Both the position numbers and the translations under genes were made by a program. DNA of 59,240 bases, counting the filler, from Fonticula-like sp. SCN 57-25 (taxonomy: Eukaryota): NCBI GenBank assembly GCA_001724245.1. It is 8 parts of 8 records of this genome, joined end to end, with 100 filler letters (N's around TTAATTAATTAA, not from the genome) between each part and the next. Parts side by side here need not be neighbours in the genome. Positions count along the whole stretch, not along the records: positions 22,589 to 29,862 come from MEDX01000377.1; positions 29,963 to 37,220 come from MEDX01000378.1; 6 more parts are not named here. One strand, given 5' to 3'. Shown piece after piece: positions 25,025 to 37,320 of the stretch. A model generated the notes under the pieces. It searched no databases. It saw only the letters and a program-made list of their open reading frames with translations, and was not told the origin of the DNA. Numbering within the stretch: the first letter of the stretch is position 1; each line of letters opens with the position of its first letter.

Positions 25025-26191
25025 ATGGGTGGGAAGCAGTCCAAAGGGAAGAAGGGAGACTCGGGCGCCGTCGCTGGCGGCGCCTCGCAGTCGTCCACCA
25101 AGGCGTCTGTCAAGTCTATCCCCCCGAGCATTAAGACGAAGCAGAGCTCCACGGCGTCGGTCAACTCGGCAACGTCGCACGACGTCGACCATGCGCCGGC
25201 TGATGCGTACAAGCAGAATGGCGAGCGCCGCAAGTCGGCCGATCTCCTCGGCATTGAAGTGACGATCCGCGCGCCTTCGGCCGAGCAGCTCGAGTGGGAG
25301 AAGCAGCTGGCTATTCAGCAGCAGAGCGCCGCGTGGGCCACGACAGTCGAGCAGCAGCACGGAACGGCGAAGAAGAGGTCGCAGAGCAAGAGCAGCGCGA
25401 TGGGCAGCACCGAAAACATCGCTCCGGCGGCGGCCAAGGTCGACCCGATCGAAGAGGTTGCTGAGAAGGTTGAGTCGCCTGTTGCTGCTGTTCCCGAGGC
25501 TGCTGTTCCCGAGGCTGTTGTTCCCGAGGCTGCTGTTGCCGTTGCTGCTGTTGCCGAGGCGGCTCCGGCTGACGCTGCTGATGCCGAGGCCGCGGCGCCG
25601 GCTGCCGCGACGCTCGACAATGTCGTGTTTGTGCTCGGCGGGCCGGGGTCCGGCAAGGGCACTGCCTGCGAGACGCTCGCCACGGCCTTCAATTTGGCGC
25701 ATATTTCGCTGGGCGACTACATGCGCAAGGAGGTTGCGTCGGGATCGCCCGACGGCGCGCAGATCGAGCAGATCACCAAGGAAGGCGCGCTGGTGCCGCT
25801 TGAGCTTACGCTGCGCGTGCTCAAGGGCGCCCTCGAGCAGAACAAGGACAAGGCAGGCTTCCTCTTGGACGGTTTCCCGCGCACGCGCGAGCAGGCGGCC
25901 GAGTTTGAAAAGAGCATTGGGAAGGGAAAGGCCGCCCTCGCCTTTGTGTGCAACGACAGCGTCATGCTCGAGCGTCTTCGCGGCCGCGCCGCGACTTCGG
26001 GCCGTGCTGACGACAACGAAGAGACGATGGCCAAGCGGATCACGACGTACAACGAGAGCACTGTCCCGGTTCTCGACTACTTCCGCAAAGCCGGAACGCT
26101 CTGCGAGGTCGATGCCGCCCTCTCGGTCGACGAGGTGCGTACGCTGGCGCACGATGCGCTCGTCAAGGTTGGACTCCAGGCTGCTTCGTAA
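25025..26191 (+). CDS. Short-LID adenylate / UMP-CMP kinase with a ~195-aa N-terminal extension
   Basis: GGPGSGKGT P-loop, FLLDGFPR, RAATSGRADDNEET; starts MGGKQSKGKK; 15-nt VPEAA repeats near 25483-25560. Confidence 0.9.
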   Translation: MGGKQSKGKKGDSGAVAGGASQSSTKASVKSIPPSIKTKQSSTASVNSATSHDVDHAPADAYKQNGERRKSADLLGIEVTIRAPSAEQLEWEKQLAIQQQSAAWATTVEQQHGTAKKRSQSKSSAMGSTENIAPAAAKVDPIEEVAEKVESPVAAVPEAAVPEAVVPEAAVAVAAVAEAAPADAADAEAAAPAAATLDNVVFVLGGPGSGKGTACETLATAFNLAHISLGDYMRKEVASGSPDGAQIEQITKEGALVPLELTLRVLKGALEQNKDKAGFLLDGFPRTREQAAEFEKSIGKGKAALAFVCNDSVMLERLRGRAATSGRADDNEETMAKRITTYNESTVPVLDYFRKAGTLCEVDAALSVDEVRTLAHDALVKVGLQAAS

Positions 26192-26375
26192 GGAGCGCTG
26201 CTGTTGAAATGATTTTTGCTTTATTTTCCCTCGTTCTTTTTTGTAGCCCTAGTTTCACGTGGTCGACCACCCATTTTTGTATGAAATGAGCGACGTGCGG
26301 CTGTGCCGTTCGCGTCTTGGCCTCTTTCGCTATGCAAGTGTTTATGATAACTATTAATAATACAATGCATGTTCA

Positions 26376-27459
26376 TCACTGCAACTTGAACAGCAAAATG
26401 GCATCCTCGGTCGTGGCCACCGCGACGCTGCCGGCCGCGCCCGCCATCGCGTTCACCTTTGCCGGCAGTAGCGTGCTGCTCGCGCGCGTATCGTACGGCT
26501 TGGAAGGGTCCGACGACGTTGCCGTCGACGCCGTAAGGTGCCACACGATCAACCGCTTGTCATTACCTGCCGACACGATCTGCTCCTCGGGGCCGATCAA
26601 CGCGACATCGGCGATCGAGTACGTGTGCCTGCTCAAAAGAGCGTGTGTTCCCTTTTGCAGCTCGGTCACGATAACACTGCCGTCACCGAGACCCGATACG
26701 GCATGGCGACCAGACTGCGTCAGGGCTGCGCGTGCGTCGTCAGCAATGGCGGATCGAGCGCGGGATCGTACCCAGTGCGTTGACGCCCGGCGGGTTCAGC
26801 ATCGGGGCCGACGACGCCGACTCTGTCCGCGTGACGGCTCCGAGGTCAAACGATTGGAGCGGCGTTCCCTTTGAAAAGTCCCACCGGATCAGCTTGCAGT
26901 CGAGGCCGCCAGAGAGGACCTCCCACGTGCGACCGGGCCGAAACCGCACGCACGACGCGATCTGCGCAGCGATCAGCAACAAACCAAAAATATAATTCAA
27001 ACGCACATTGTCGTGCGTCGTGCGGAAACGCCTTTGGGGCCTGCCGGTGCTGCGCTCAATCACATGAACGCGGCCGTCGTCCGCGGCCGCGGCAACAAAG
27101 CGGCCCTGCCCATGCACAGCCACGCCATTCACCTCGGGTTCCCCGCAGTCAAACGTCCGCGACGGCGACTTGTATATCACTTGGTCTCCGTTCCGCATAT
27201 CAAACTCTACGACAGAGCCGCCCGTCGCCGCGATGACCGTGCGGGCATCCGCCTCGATGCCAAACGTGACCGATGTCACCGGCCCGCCGGCAAACGCAGC
27301 GCAGAATGACTTTTGCGTGCGGAGATCCCACAAGCGCACAGTTCCGTCCTCTCCGCCAGAAAGGAGCGTTGGGGTGTCTGCCTGCGGAGCCGCAGCGAGC
27401 GCCAGGACCGCCCCGCGGTGGCCGCGCAGCTCCTGGTACACCTCATGCACACCCAGCAT
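26376..27459 (-). CDS. WD40 repeat protein, WDR53-like, 2 introns
   Basis: LRGH..SGGEDGTVRLWD, FRPGRTWEVLSGGLDCKLIRWDF, MLNPP, SAGNDKRLIVW. Confidence 0.8.
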
Positions 27460-27565
27460 GGTTGTCGCAGGCGTGTTGTGTCGTCACTGATTTTCCGCCA
27501 ATCAGATCGAGTTTGTCGAGTGACGTCGCATTCCACTTTTCCAACGTCCGCCGGGAAAAGAGGGA

Positions 27566-28641
27566 ATGGGGGATACGGGCGAGGTTGATCGTTGGATCGC
27601 GCAGCTGTCGGACTGCCGGCAGCTCTCAGAGACTGAAGTTCGCCGCCTTACGGAAAAGGTACCGTTTTTCTGCTGTTCTGTCCATTTTAACTAATTATTT
27701 ACTCTGCAAAGGCGCGCGAGGTCCTTCAGCATGAGTCGAACGTGCAGGCGGTCAAGTGCCCCGTGACTGTTTGCGGCGACATCCACGGCCAATTCCATGA
27801 CCTCCAGGAGCTCGCTCGCATTGGCGGAAACCTTCCCGATACCAATTACCTTTTTATGGGCGATTATGTTGACCGCGGCTACTATTCCGTCGAGACGGTG
27901 ACCTTTTTGGTCGCCCTCAAGGTCCGCTACCCGTCGCGCATCACGATCCTCCGCGGGTACGGCCGCCTCGCGCCTCTCGCAGCAGCAAAACTAACCTTTT
28001 TAACAGTAACCACGAGAGCCGTCAGATCACGCAGGTGTATGGTTTCTACGACGAGTGCCTCCGGAAATACGGCAACGCTACCGTCTGGAAGTACTTTACG
28101 GACCTCTTTGACTTTTTGCCCTTGACGGCGCTCATTGAGGAGCAAATTTTCTGCCTTCACGGCGGACTTTCGCCCTCGATCGACACGCTCGACCAGATCC
28201 GCAAGCTCACGCGCGTGCAGGAGGTTCCTCACGAGGGCGCGATGTGCGACCTGCTGTGGTCCGATCCCGATGACCGCTGCGGCTGGGGCATCTCCCCCCG
28301 CGGTGCTGGCTACACTTTTGGCCAAGACATTTCTGACAACTTTAACCGCAACAACGGCCTCACGCTCGTTGCCCGTGCCCACCAGCTCGTCATGGACGGC
28401 TACAACTGGTGCCACGACAGAAACGTCGTCACGATCTTTAGCGCGCCAAACTACTGCTACCGCTGCGGCAACCAGGCTGCCATCATGGAGTTTGACGAGC
28501 ACCTCAAGTACACGTTGTGCGTATTGGCCCTTGCGATGCCGTGCTAGGTACTGACGCCTTTTTTGCAGCTTGCAATTTGACCCGGCCCCCCGTCGCGGCG
28601 AGCCCCACGTGACGCGCAAGACGCCCGACTATTTCCTGTAG
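27566..28641 (+). CDS. PPP2C: Protein phosphatase 2A catalytic subunit, 3 introns
   Basis: GDIHG, GDYVDRG, RGNHE (split by an intron), [12 protein letters not shown]-terminal TPDYFL. Confidence 0.97.
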
Positions 28642-28920
28642 AGAATTTTTCGGATTTAATCATTCGTAGGAGGAGTAGCATTTAACTCGCGAGATAAGGA
28701 CGGTAGTGGGACGGTAGCGAGCGGTGGTGCGCCGACGCGCGCGGAATTTGACCACGATCTCTGTTTTCTTTATTGTACTTTTTTTTTCCGTTTCCTTTCC
28801 ATGTTGCTCGCTCCATGCTCTTTCCACTTCTCGCCACATATCATTAATAACTAGCCGTATTGGCCCAAACTGCGTCCGTTGCGTTCATATATTTACAAAT
28901 TAGGTCCACGGCCCGCGTGG

Positions 28921-29862
28921 CTATACGGCCGGCGGCCTTGTTGGGATCGCCGACTCTGTGATGCCGAGCTCCTCGGTGAGCTGCCGCCACTGCTTCTCTG
29001 TAATGTCAAAGATAAAATGGACGATCTGGTTGTTGGTCGGCGGGGCGCCCTCGGGGTCAAAGCGCGTCTCGGCGTACGGCATCCCGTCCGCTTCGTCAAT
29101 GTACATGCGCGCGCGCCGCTGCTGCACGAGGAACGACAAGAAGAAAATGTTTTCCACCGTCTGGCTGAACGATGCGGGGTTGATCACAAACTTGAGCGCG
29201 TTGACGGGGCCGTCGCACTCGGCGAGGCGCTCGTACACGGAATGAACATACGCCGTCGTCTGGTTCTCGTAGCGCTTTGCTTCATTCTCCGTGAGCTGCC
29301 GCCAGTGTCAGCGCAGGCAATAAAATAAAATAAAATGTACCTTGATGGGCTGCTGGAGCTGCGCGGCGTTGCGCGCGATGCGCTGCACTGGCCCGCGCTT
29401 TGTGACGCGCCGCTGGATCTGAATGGGCCCGAGAAGGAACTCGACGGCGGGCGCGCGGCGGGAAAGGAACGACGCCATGCGGCCCACCTCGGCGAAATTG
29501 CAATTGTCGGCATGGTATGAATCAGTGCGCGACGCATGGCACAGACGGATCATGAGCGCAGAGGTGTCAAACGTCGCCTGGCCAGTATTCAGGCGCTGCA
29601 TCTGCTGAGAGCCCATGTCGGCACTCAGGGCCAGCAGCTTGGAGTCCAGGTACGCCTCCTGTGACCGCGCATGCTGGAGGTCTGCAAAAGGGCATCAGCA
29701 ATGAAAACGACATGGATCTTAGGCGCACCTCGCTTTGCCGCACGGCTCACGATCTTTAAAAGTCCGTCAGACTCGGGACGCAAGAGCTCGTCGCGGTTAC
29801 CTAAAACAGGGTTGGCATGCGGCGGCATCATTCGTGGCGCTCAAACGTACGCTCTACAAAGG
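28921..29862 (-). CDS. NSE4: SMC5/6 kleisin Nse4, 5' partial
   Basis: EAYLDSKLL, APAVEFLLGP, FVINPASFSQTVENIFFLSFLV, W..LTEELGITESAIP. Confidence 0.88.
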
Positions 29863-29962
29863 NNNNNNNNNNNNNNNNNNNNNNNNNNNNNNNNNNNNNN
29901 NNNNNNTTAATTAATTAANNNNNNNNNNNNNNNNNNNNNNNNNNNNNNNNNNNNNNNNNNNN

Positions 29963-30089
29963 GCGTAGCGTAATTTCGCTTTCTCCTCGTTTCTCCCCCC
30001 ATGTTAAGGGGGCGAACGAGCGACCCGCTCGTCATCAGGGCGGAGTGACCGCGGTGCCATTTGGTCAGGGGTGAGGTTGATGACGCCAT
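29963..30089 (-). CDS. Possible first exon of a gene truncated by the contig end
   Basis: ATG at 30089 divergent from the next gene; MASSTSPLTK. Confidence 0.2.
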
Positions 30090-30267
30090 CGTCGTGGAAG
30101 TTTTGCACGGCAAACTTGGCCTTTGCGCCACCGTTCGCGAGACACTGTACTGTGCGTCAATATGACTAAAGTGCAGCTATACTAGACTTCCCCTCTGTTA
30201 CGCTGTTATTGTCGCTATCCTTGTTTGCTTCCGATCTCTTTCGACTCCTGTGCCGTCGCCTGGGATC

Positions 30268-31921
30268 ATGAGCAGCGACAACAGCAGCTTTGTCGAGATT
30301 CCAATCGACGTGGGGGGCTCGACGGGGAGTACCCCGCCGATCTCGTTTCCCTCATCTGCTGTCCTTACTTCCGCGCCGTCATTGCGCGATGAACGAAACG
30401 ATAACCGGCGACCGCCGGAGCCGCCGCCGCCGCCGAAGGATGTCAAGCGCCCGCCACCCGATTTGCCCGATGAAGTACCGGGTTTGCGGCGCGTCGCGCC
30501 TCCTCCTTCGTATTTACAAACCACAGGTCTTTCAGCACCACCGCAGGCAGCGCTTCCCGAGACTGGCGCACGGCGACCAGGCGGGCAACAGACGCGGGGG
30601 TCGGCGCAGCCCATCCTTCACCCCAATGGCGGGGCCGTCATGCCGCGTATTCCTATCGAATTCGCTCGGATATTCGAAGTTCTCTTTATTTTCATGGCGG
30701 TCTTGGTGTGGACAGATGCGACCGATGTGGGAGCGCAAGACTCTGTCGGGTGGAAACTCTTTTTTGGCGCGCTCCTGACACTTGTTTTCGCCGTGATGGG
30801 AGTGACGCTGTGCATCCTGTGGGACTATTTGACGCACAAGCCGCGCCTTCCATCCAGCTTGTTCTTCAACACGTCTCTCGAGGACGGCTTTGCCATGGTG
30901 CGTTTTTTGTGACGATTCATCAATTTTAATCTAACGTTTGTCCCCGCAGTCCTTTGGTTTATCGATCGCATGGGCTTTGGCGTACGTCTTCTATGTCCTC
31001 TCGGTGATCATTTCGGGCGACAATGCCATGTGGACGGCCATAACGCTGTGCATTATTTCACTCGCCCTGACGCTTTTGGCGCTCTTTCTGCGACCCTCGC
31101 GGCTCCTTTTGCCGACCAATCTTGGCATGAAGCCGTCCCCGATGCGCATGATGTGCGGGTACCTCTCCGCCTGCCTGGTCGTGTGGTGCTGCGCCTTTGC
31201 CTACGACTTTACCATCATCGCGGCCACCAGGTCAAACCTGAGCGGGAACACCAATGTCCTCATTCGCCTCGTGGCCACGGTCGTGATTGTGTCCGCCGTG
31301 GCCACAGGGCTGCTGCTCAAGCAGCGCCGCCGCACGAGGCTCACCGACGACTCGACAGCATCCCGCGTTTGGCCGCCGCGGCCGCACCACGGCAGCCTCT
31401 GGGTCTTTTCCAGCGGGCTCATTTGCGGGTGGCTCGCTGCCGACCTCATCTGGGCCGTGGTGTACACGTACATTGTTGGCCTTCGCTCGCTTGATATTTT
31501 TGTCATGGTCGCGTTCTGCGGCTTTGCCTTTACGGTGACGTTCTCCCTGGCGCTGTACGCCCTGGAGACGCGGACGGACCAGCCGCTTCGGCGAGCGTCG
31601 GCGTACGCCATGCTGGTCAGCACCGCGATGCTCTTCCGCTTTCTCTTGCGGGTCATCTACTTTAATATTGTCAAGTTTTCGAGCTCGTTTGATGCTCGCA
31701 TATTGTACTACGTGGTCGTGGCAGCTGGCCTCACTTTGGTCGCGCTCGTCGTAATAGCCCTTGTGCACTGGCCCATAACGCCCCCGACGCCGCGCGTGCG
31801 CGCTGCGCCCGTCCCTATCGTTCCTCCGCCGGCCGCAAGCGATGCGCCTCCGCCCACGTTCATGGCGCCTGTGTCCGGTCCGCCGCCAGACAGCCCGCGT
31901 GTCAGCATACCCCCAGTATAG
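30268..31921 (+). CDS. Hypothetical multi-pass (~10 TM) membrane protein with Pro-rich termini, 1 intron
   Basis: Two ORFs joined by a GTGCGT..CTAAC..CAG intron; many hydrophobic segments; PPSY motif. Confidence 0.75.
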
Positions 31922-32024
31922 TCTTTGATTTGCCCCTGAACTATAGGCCGCGTCCCTCTCGCGGCCACCAACTTGTGTATAGCATTGTTAATTTACCAAA
32001 ATATTATGAATCAGAAAAGTATAA

Positions 32025-33335
32025 TTACATTGCCTTGATCTTGTGACCCTCATTGTGCTCCTCCTCGAGAGGGCGATCAAGCGGGGAAAGAACCTTGACG
32101 CCCTTTTCCCAGCCTTGGTCCTCGCCAGAGATCCATGCCACCATCTCGGGAATCACCAGGTCACGGAACTCGTTGAACGCATCGTGCCCGCCGCCCTCGA
32201 TGCGCAGCAGCTTGGCGCTTGGAACCAGTAGACGCAGGCGGCCCCAGCACGAATAGGGAACCAGCCTGTCCGCCGTACCCTGGACACATTTCCGCGTTAG
32301 TCTACGCGGGTTACCCACAACACTAGCGGCGCACCCAAATTACCAGAACGGGCCGTTTGAATGACGCCCCCACATTGCCAAACTCGCCTGTCATACCAGT
32401 GAGGGGGAAATGGCGCACGGTGGACAAGTATGAATACAGATACGCCAGACTATTCTTGAGCTGAAACTGCACGACGGCTGGGAACAGGGATGAGCTGGAA
32501 AAGTAAAACAAGGCTGCGCGACGTACCCGAGGTGCGGTGCAGGTGGTCCACAGAGGTCATCTGGGCGTTCTTGCGGGCATGCGATGCCAGAAGCGACGGC
32601 GCGATCGTCTGCAGGAGCAAGTCGCCGACCAACGGGATGTTTGCGAGGGATGCCAGCGCGGGGAGCTTTTGCATCAGACCCCCGGGGGCGACGAGAACCA
32701 GCTTGGTCACATTTTTGGGGAAGAGCGCGGTGTACGAGGTGGCGATGGCTCCTCCCTACCATCGCCGCATGTTAGGAGGCCGCAAGGGACAGCGGTGCGT
32801 ACCATGGAGAACCCAAGAAGTGTAAACTGAGACCACCCAAGCGAGTGGAGGAGCGAGGCCATTTGGCTGACATAAAACTCTTTCCCGTACGGAATGGCGC
32901 ACGGGTTGGGAATATCCGAGAAGCCGCGGCCGTAGTTATCGTAGGCCAGCACACGGTATCCAGCCTTGGCGAGAGCCTCGGCGAGAAACTTGAACACGAG
33001 CGACGGCGTCTGAATGCCGTGCACCAACACAACCTGACAAAACAACTGAGTACGCCAACTCACACAACAGCAATACACGTACGCGCGGCCCGTCCTCTGG
33101 ACCAAAAAGATAGTACTGAACCCAGCCATACGGAAGGGGTACGCGGCGGGAAACGCCTGCGTCGCCCGGGAAATAGTCTGGTGATTGAGGATGGTTTACC
33201 GTGGGAATGCGACGCGTTTCCCGAGGTCTATTATGGCTATTAGAGTCCATCAATGAAAATGTGTGTACCGTACCTCCTCATGACCAGCACCGCGCAAACA
33301 ATGAGCACGGCTGCGGCCGCGACCCACAACATCAT
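32025..33335 (-). CDS. Alpha/beta hydrolase with an N-terminal membrane anchor, 5 introns
   Basis: VVLVHG, YDNYGRGFSD, nucleophile elbow GFSMGG, WGTADRLVP, GGGH. Confidence 0.88.
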
Positions 33336-33411
33336 GGCTGCTGAAACAAGTTCGGCCAAACTGCGGCCAAAACGCTGACCGGGGTCAATCGAGTTTGCAG
33401 TTTGCAAAGCG

Positions 33412-34460
33412 ATGGCGCCAAAACAGCAGGCTAGCATCCTGGACGCGTTCAAGCCGACCAGCAAGGCGTCGTCGCCTCTGGCGGTGTCGGCAACGGGCGC
33501 GGAACCCCGGGCCGAGACATCCTCCAAAAAGCGCGCCGCGTCAAAGAAGGTAACAACGACGATCGACCTCGTCAGCGATGATGACTCGAGCGCGCACAGC
33601 GAATCGAGCCACAACGAGGAGGAGGATGACGAGGAGGAGGTGTGGACACCCAAGAAGGCAAAGAAAACAACCTCTCCTAGCAAGTCGGTCACCAAGGCTG
33701 CTTCTTCAAAGCCCCCGAAACCCGCTCCTGTGAAGGAAGTCAAGAAGCGGGCCGAGGCTGCGCCGGTACCTGATGCGGACGTGACCCCCCTTAGTCAAAC
33801 CGATCTCTTCTCGCAGGAGGATGCTTCTTCTCAACAGGACGCGAGCGCTTCGCAGCAGACTCCCAAGGCACCCAAAGTGCGCCTTGTTCAGCCGTTACAT
33901 CCATTTTCTAAACTCGGATTTTAGATAATTCCCTCCAAGCTCGCCCTCACCTTTGCCGGCTCGTCCCTGAATGCGTACGCAGCTTGTGCGCCTTTTTTGG
34001 CCGGCCGCTGATCGTACATTTTGATAGTAACTCTTACTGGCTGGAGGGTGGCCATCCCGAGCTTGATCTTACCGGCGACACTGGCGCCGTGGGCCGCTTT
34101 ATGTGCGACGCCCGTACGCAATCGGTCACGCTCGATCTCAAGGGCTACATGTTCAAGGGAGGCCTGCACCAGTGCAACTCGTTTCTGGTCGTCAATTTGG
34201 GCGCCGGCGGGCCCGACGCCAAGGTAGAGCATGTCGTGAATCGCTTCTTTGCTGTTGACTGCGTCGGGTCGGCCATGGACGCCGAAACCGTGTTTGAAGG
34301 GCAGGTGGACTTTGAAGAGGCGGGCGACGACAATCGCGTCGAATTCCAGTCGTCAGAAGACATGGTCAAAAAGACGCCAGCAAAGTCAAAGTCAAAGCCG
34401 ACGAAAAGCAGCAGGGCGGGCAAGACCAAAAAGGCGTCCGCCCCCAAGAAGCAGAAATAG
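33412..34460 (+). CDS. BIN4: BIN4-like protein (topoisomerase VI accessory subunit), 2 introns
   Basis: Disordered Lys/acidic N-terminus, then LDLTGDTGAVGR..VTLDLKG..VVNLG..DAKVEHVVNRF, resembling the plant BIN4 core (DLSGDxGAVGR..LDLKG..EAKIE) as recalled; Lys-rich tail. Confidence 0.72.
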
Positions 34461-34874
34461 GCAGACTGGCAGTATCGGCATATCTATGTACTTTTACTAT
34501 AATAGCATTCTTTTATGGCACATATTGTGAATTTGGGCGCGTGCAGCATCGTGCTAGTCATTATATTATTCCGCTCATGCGCAAGAAGCGACTCGAATGT
34601 TTGGGATTGATCGATCGCGGGTGCAAACTGCAAACTGACGAGATGACATAAACAAAATTCGATGAATTGCGTCCGCAGTAGAGAAATACACAAAGGACGA
34701 CTGGTGCTGCAAGCAAGGTAAGCACACGCGAAAGGGTAGTGGCAGGCCGAGAAGAGAGGAGGCTTGCTTGCTGAGAGGCATTGGACCAAGAAAGAGCGTA
34801 GAGGCGGTGATTCTATTTTTTGTTCATTTTTAATCGTTTCGTCAACGTCGCTTCGGCTCGATCGCTCCTGAGCC

Positions 34875-35396
34875 ATGGGCCGAGGCTGTGGTCTGGTGCA
34901 CAAGGAGTACCTCGAGAGCGGCACTATTCTCGGATGCTGTCACTGCCGCACGCATTTGACCACAAAGGACGACATCATCTCTAGCGTACGATTCGCTCTT
35001 GCCAATGCCGCCTTCGCTCACTGTTCCGCAGTCGTTTCACGGTCAAACCGGACGCGCGTACCTCTTTGGCAATGTGTACGACGCGCAGGCACGGCAGTGA
35101 CCCAACTAATATACGCTGTGTAGGGTAAATATTGTGGAAAGCGATGCCCAGGAGCGCGAGCTGACCACGGGCCTTCACGTCGTTCGGGACATTTACTGTA
35201 GGGGGTGCAGCCGTGCTCTGGGGTGGAAATACGTGCGCGCATCCGCCGCATGCGTACAATGGTGCTGACATTCGCGTAGGACAAGGCCTTTGAAGAGTCG
35301 CAAAAGTACAAGGAGGGCAAGTTCATCTTGGAGAAGGCCCTGATTGTTGAGCTAGACTCAAGCCGGCCCTCTTCGCAGTCTTCGTCCTCTGAGTGA
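34875..35396 (+). CDS. YPEL: Yippee-like zinc-binding protein, 3 introns
   Basis: CxxCRTHL, SFHGQTGRAYLF, TTGLHVVRDIYCxxC, LGWKY, SQKYKEGKFILE. Confidence 0.93.
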
Positions 35397-35507
35397 CGCG
35401 GCATCTTAGTTTATAGCTTCATGTTGTACAAATTTATTCATGGCGGTGAATGCGCCCGTATCCCATTCAAATACAATAGCAGCAAACTATCTAATCCGAC
35501 GTATCAG

Positions 35508-37071
35508 CTACGGCAGCAACTCTTGCAAAAAGCGGTTCTCGTAAAAGCAGAGCATGTGCACCGTCTCGTCCCGGCACAGGTAGCCCTTCTGCTCCGCCAT
35601 CCTCAGCAGGTCGCGCCCCATCAGCACGGATATATGCAGATGCTGGGAAGCATCCAGCTCGGTCAAGGGCGTGTTCGGCCTCGACTGCGCGAGCCTCAGC
35701 AACTTGAGCGACATTTCCTGCTCGCTGTACTCGTCCGTGTAGACGTACTGCTGCCCGCCGCTGAACGAACCAATCCCGCATGGCAGCTTCAACGAGCTGA
35801 ACAAACCACAAGCCCGCACCAAATCATCCGGCGAGACGAGCTCTTTGATCATGTGTGAGCACGGATTCCAAAAGTTTGAATGGGCGTACCGGTTCCTCGG
35901 GCACGATTAAAGTAACAAAAGACGTCGGCCATGGAAAACACGGCAACACCTTTCAACTTGCTGATTTTGATCACAAAGTCAGAGAGCTGGCGTGATAGCT
36001 GCTCGTGGTAAGCACTTCCGGACGACGCCCTAAAGGAATCGCGTGAGCGCTCAAAGAGGCGGACAGCAGTGGGCGCACTTGGTAACAGGGCTGCTGATAC
36101 CCATGCTGACGAGGTACGTCCGAAACTCGGCCGTATCCGAAGAGTCACCTTCACCCTTTGCCAGTGTACGCGAGAACCGCTCCGCCAGGGAGACCATTTC
36201 GGCAGCCTTGCTCATCAGCGCCTTCAAATCAGTGAACGCGACATCGAGCGTGCTCTGCGTCTGCCGCGAATTGGCTTGAATATTCTGCAAGATACCACCG
36301 ACACCCGCTTTTGATGGGTCAAATTCACGAGCCTTGCGCTGAGCCGCCTCGCGGTCCAAGCGGTTCTACCGGGGCGCATGTCAGCTGCGCAGAAACAAAA
36401 GGCCATGGCGCGCGTACCAGTGCCTCTGTAAGCCAAGGACGCGACTGGAGGGTGTCACCTAGCACCTTGAAGAAAGCCGCATTGCCGCCTGCTCGAAATG
36501 AGAGCCGTAGAAAGCCGCTGAGTTGGTGCGATTTAGATGCAGCGTCGCCGTCCATCAGCGAGTTAAGGGCGGGATCCGGCCTAGCGGCGGGCGTGAGCGA
36601 GGGAAACGGTAAACAAAGATGGTGTACCTTCCTCCGTGTACTTCCAGTGCCTTCAATATAACATAGTCCGGGACAGAATAGGGCATCAGCTGCCTCACGC
36701 GGTAATAGGCGTCGGTGCGATCAGCGGCTGGCACCGAAGGACAAACACCCAAGGAAATCTTGGCTGATGTGGTAAAGCCCTTTGCAACTTGATCAATGGA
36801 CACGATGCTCGCATTCTCAACAAATGAAAAGGTTGCGTCGCCTTGCCGATACCACAGCAGCCGGCTCGTTGTCAATACGCACATTAAATCGTCGTATGTC
36901 GGCTTCGTCTCGTCACTGCAGAGCAATTGTTGGCTTCAGCCCGCACGAGACAAAGATGCCGTACCCTTTGTAGACGGCCACTCTAGCTTGCCCAATAAGC
37001 TCAACCTCTCCATCCGGTAGTACAGGACGGCCAGCGCCGCTTAGTGCTGCTGTACCAATAATGCCCTCCAT
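35508..37071 (-). CDS. VPS36: ESCRT-II subunit Vps36, 5 introns
   Basis: GRPVL..E, LTTSRLLW, SAKI, RLSFRAGG (GLUE domain); AFTDLKALMSKAAEMV, MGISSPVT, FNRARGT.LVSPDD, GYLCRD. Confidence 0.92.
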
Positions 37072-37320
37072 CACTGATTACGTTGTGTGCTGGAGCGGCG
37101 TCTGCAGGGCGTCTGGCTCGTCAGATTGCAATCTGCGCGCAGTTTGCAGCTTTGCAAAGCCCCTTATCTGCTATGCTGTGTTGGACAATTCGCTTGGCAC
37201 AAGCCCAAGGCTCGCAGCCANNNNNNNNNNNNNNNNNNNNNNNNNNNNNNNNNNNNNNNNNNNNTTAATTAATTAANNNNNNNNNNNNNNNNNNNNNNNN
37301 NNNNNNNNNNNNNNNNNNNN

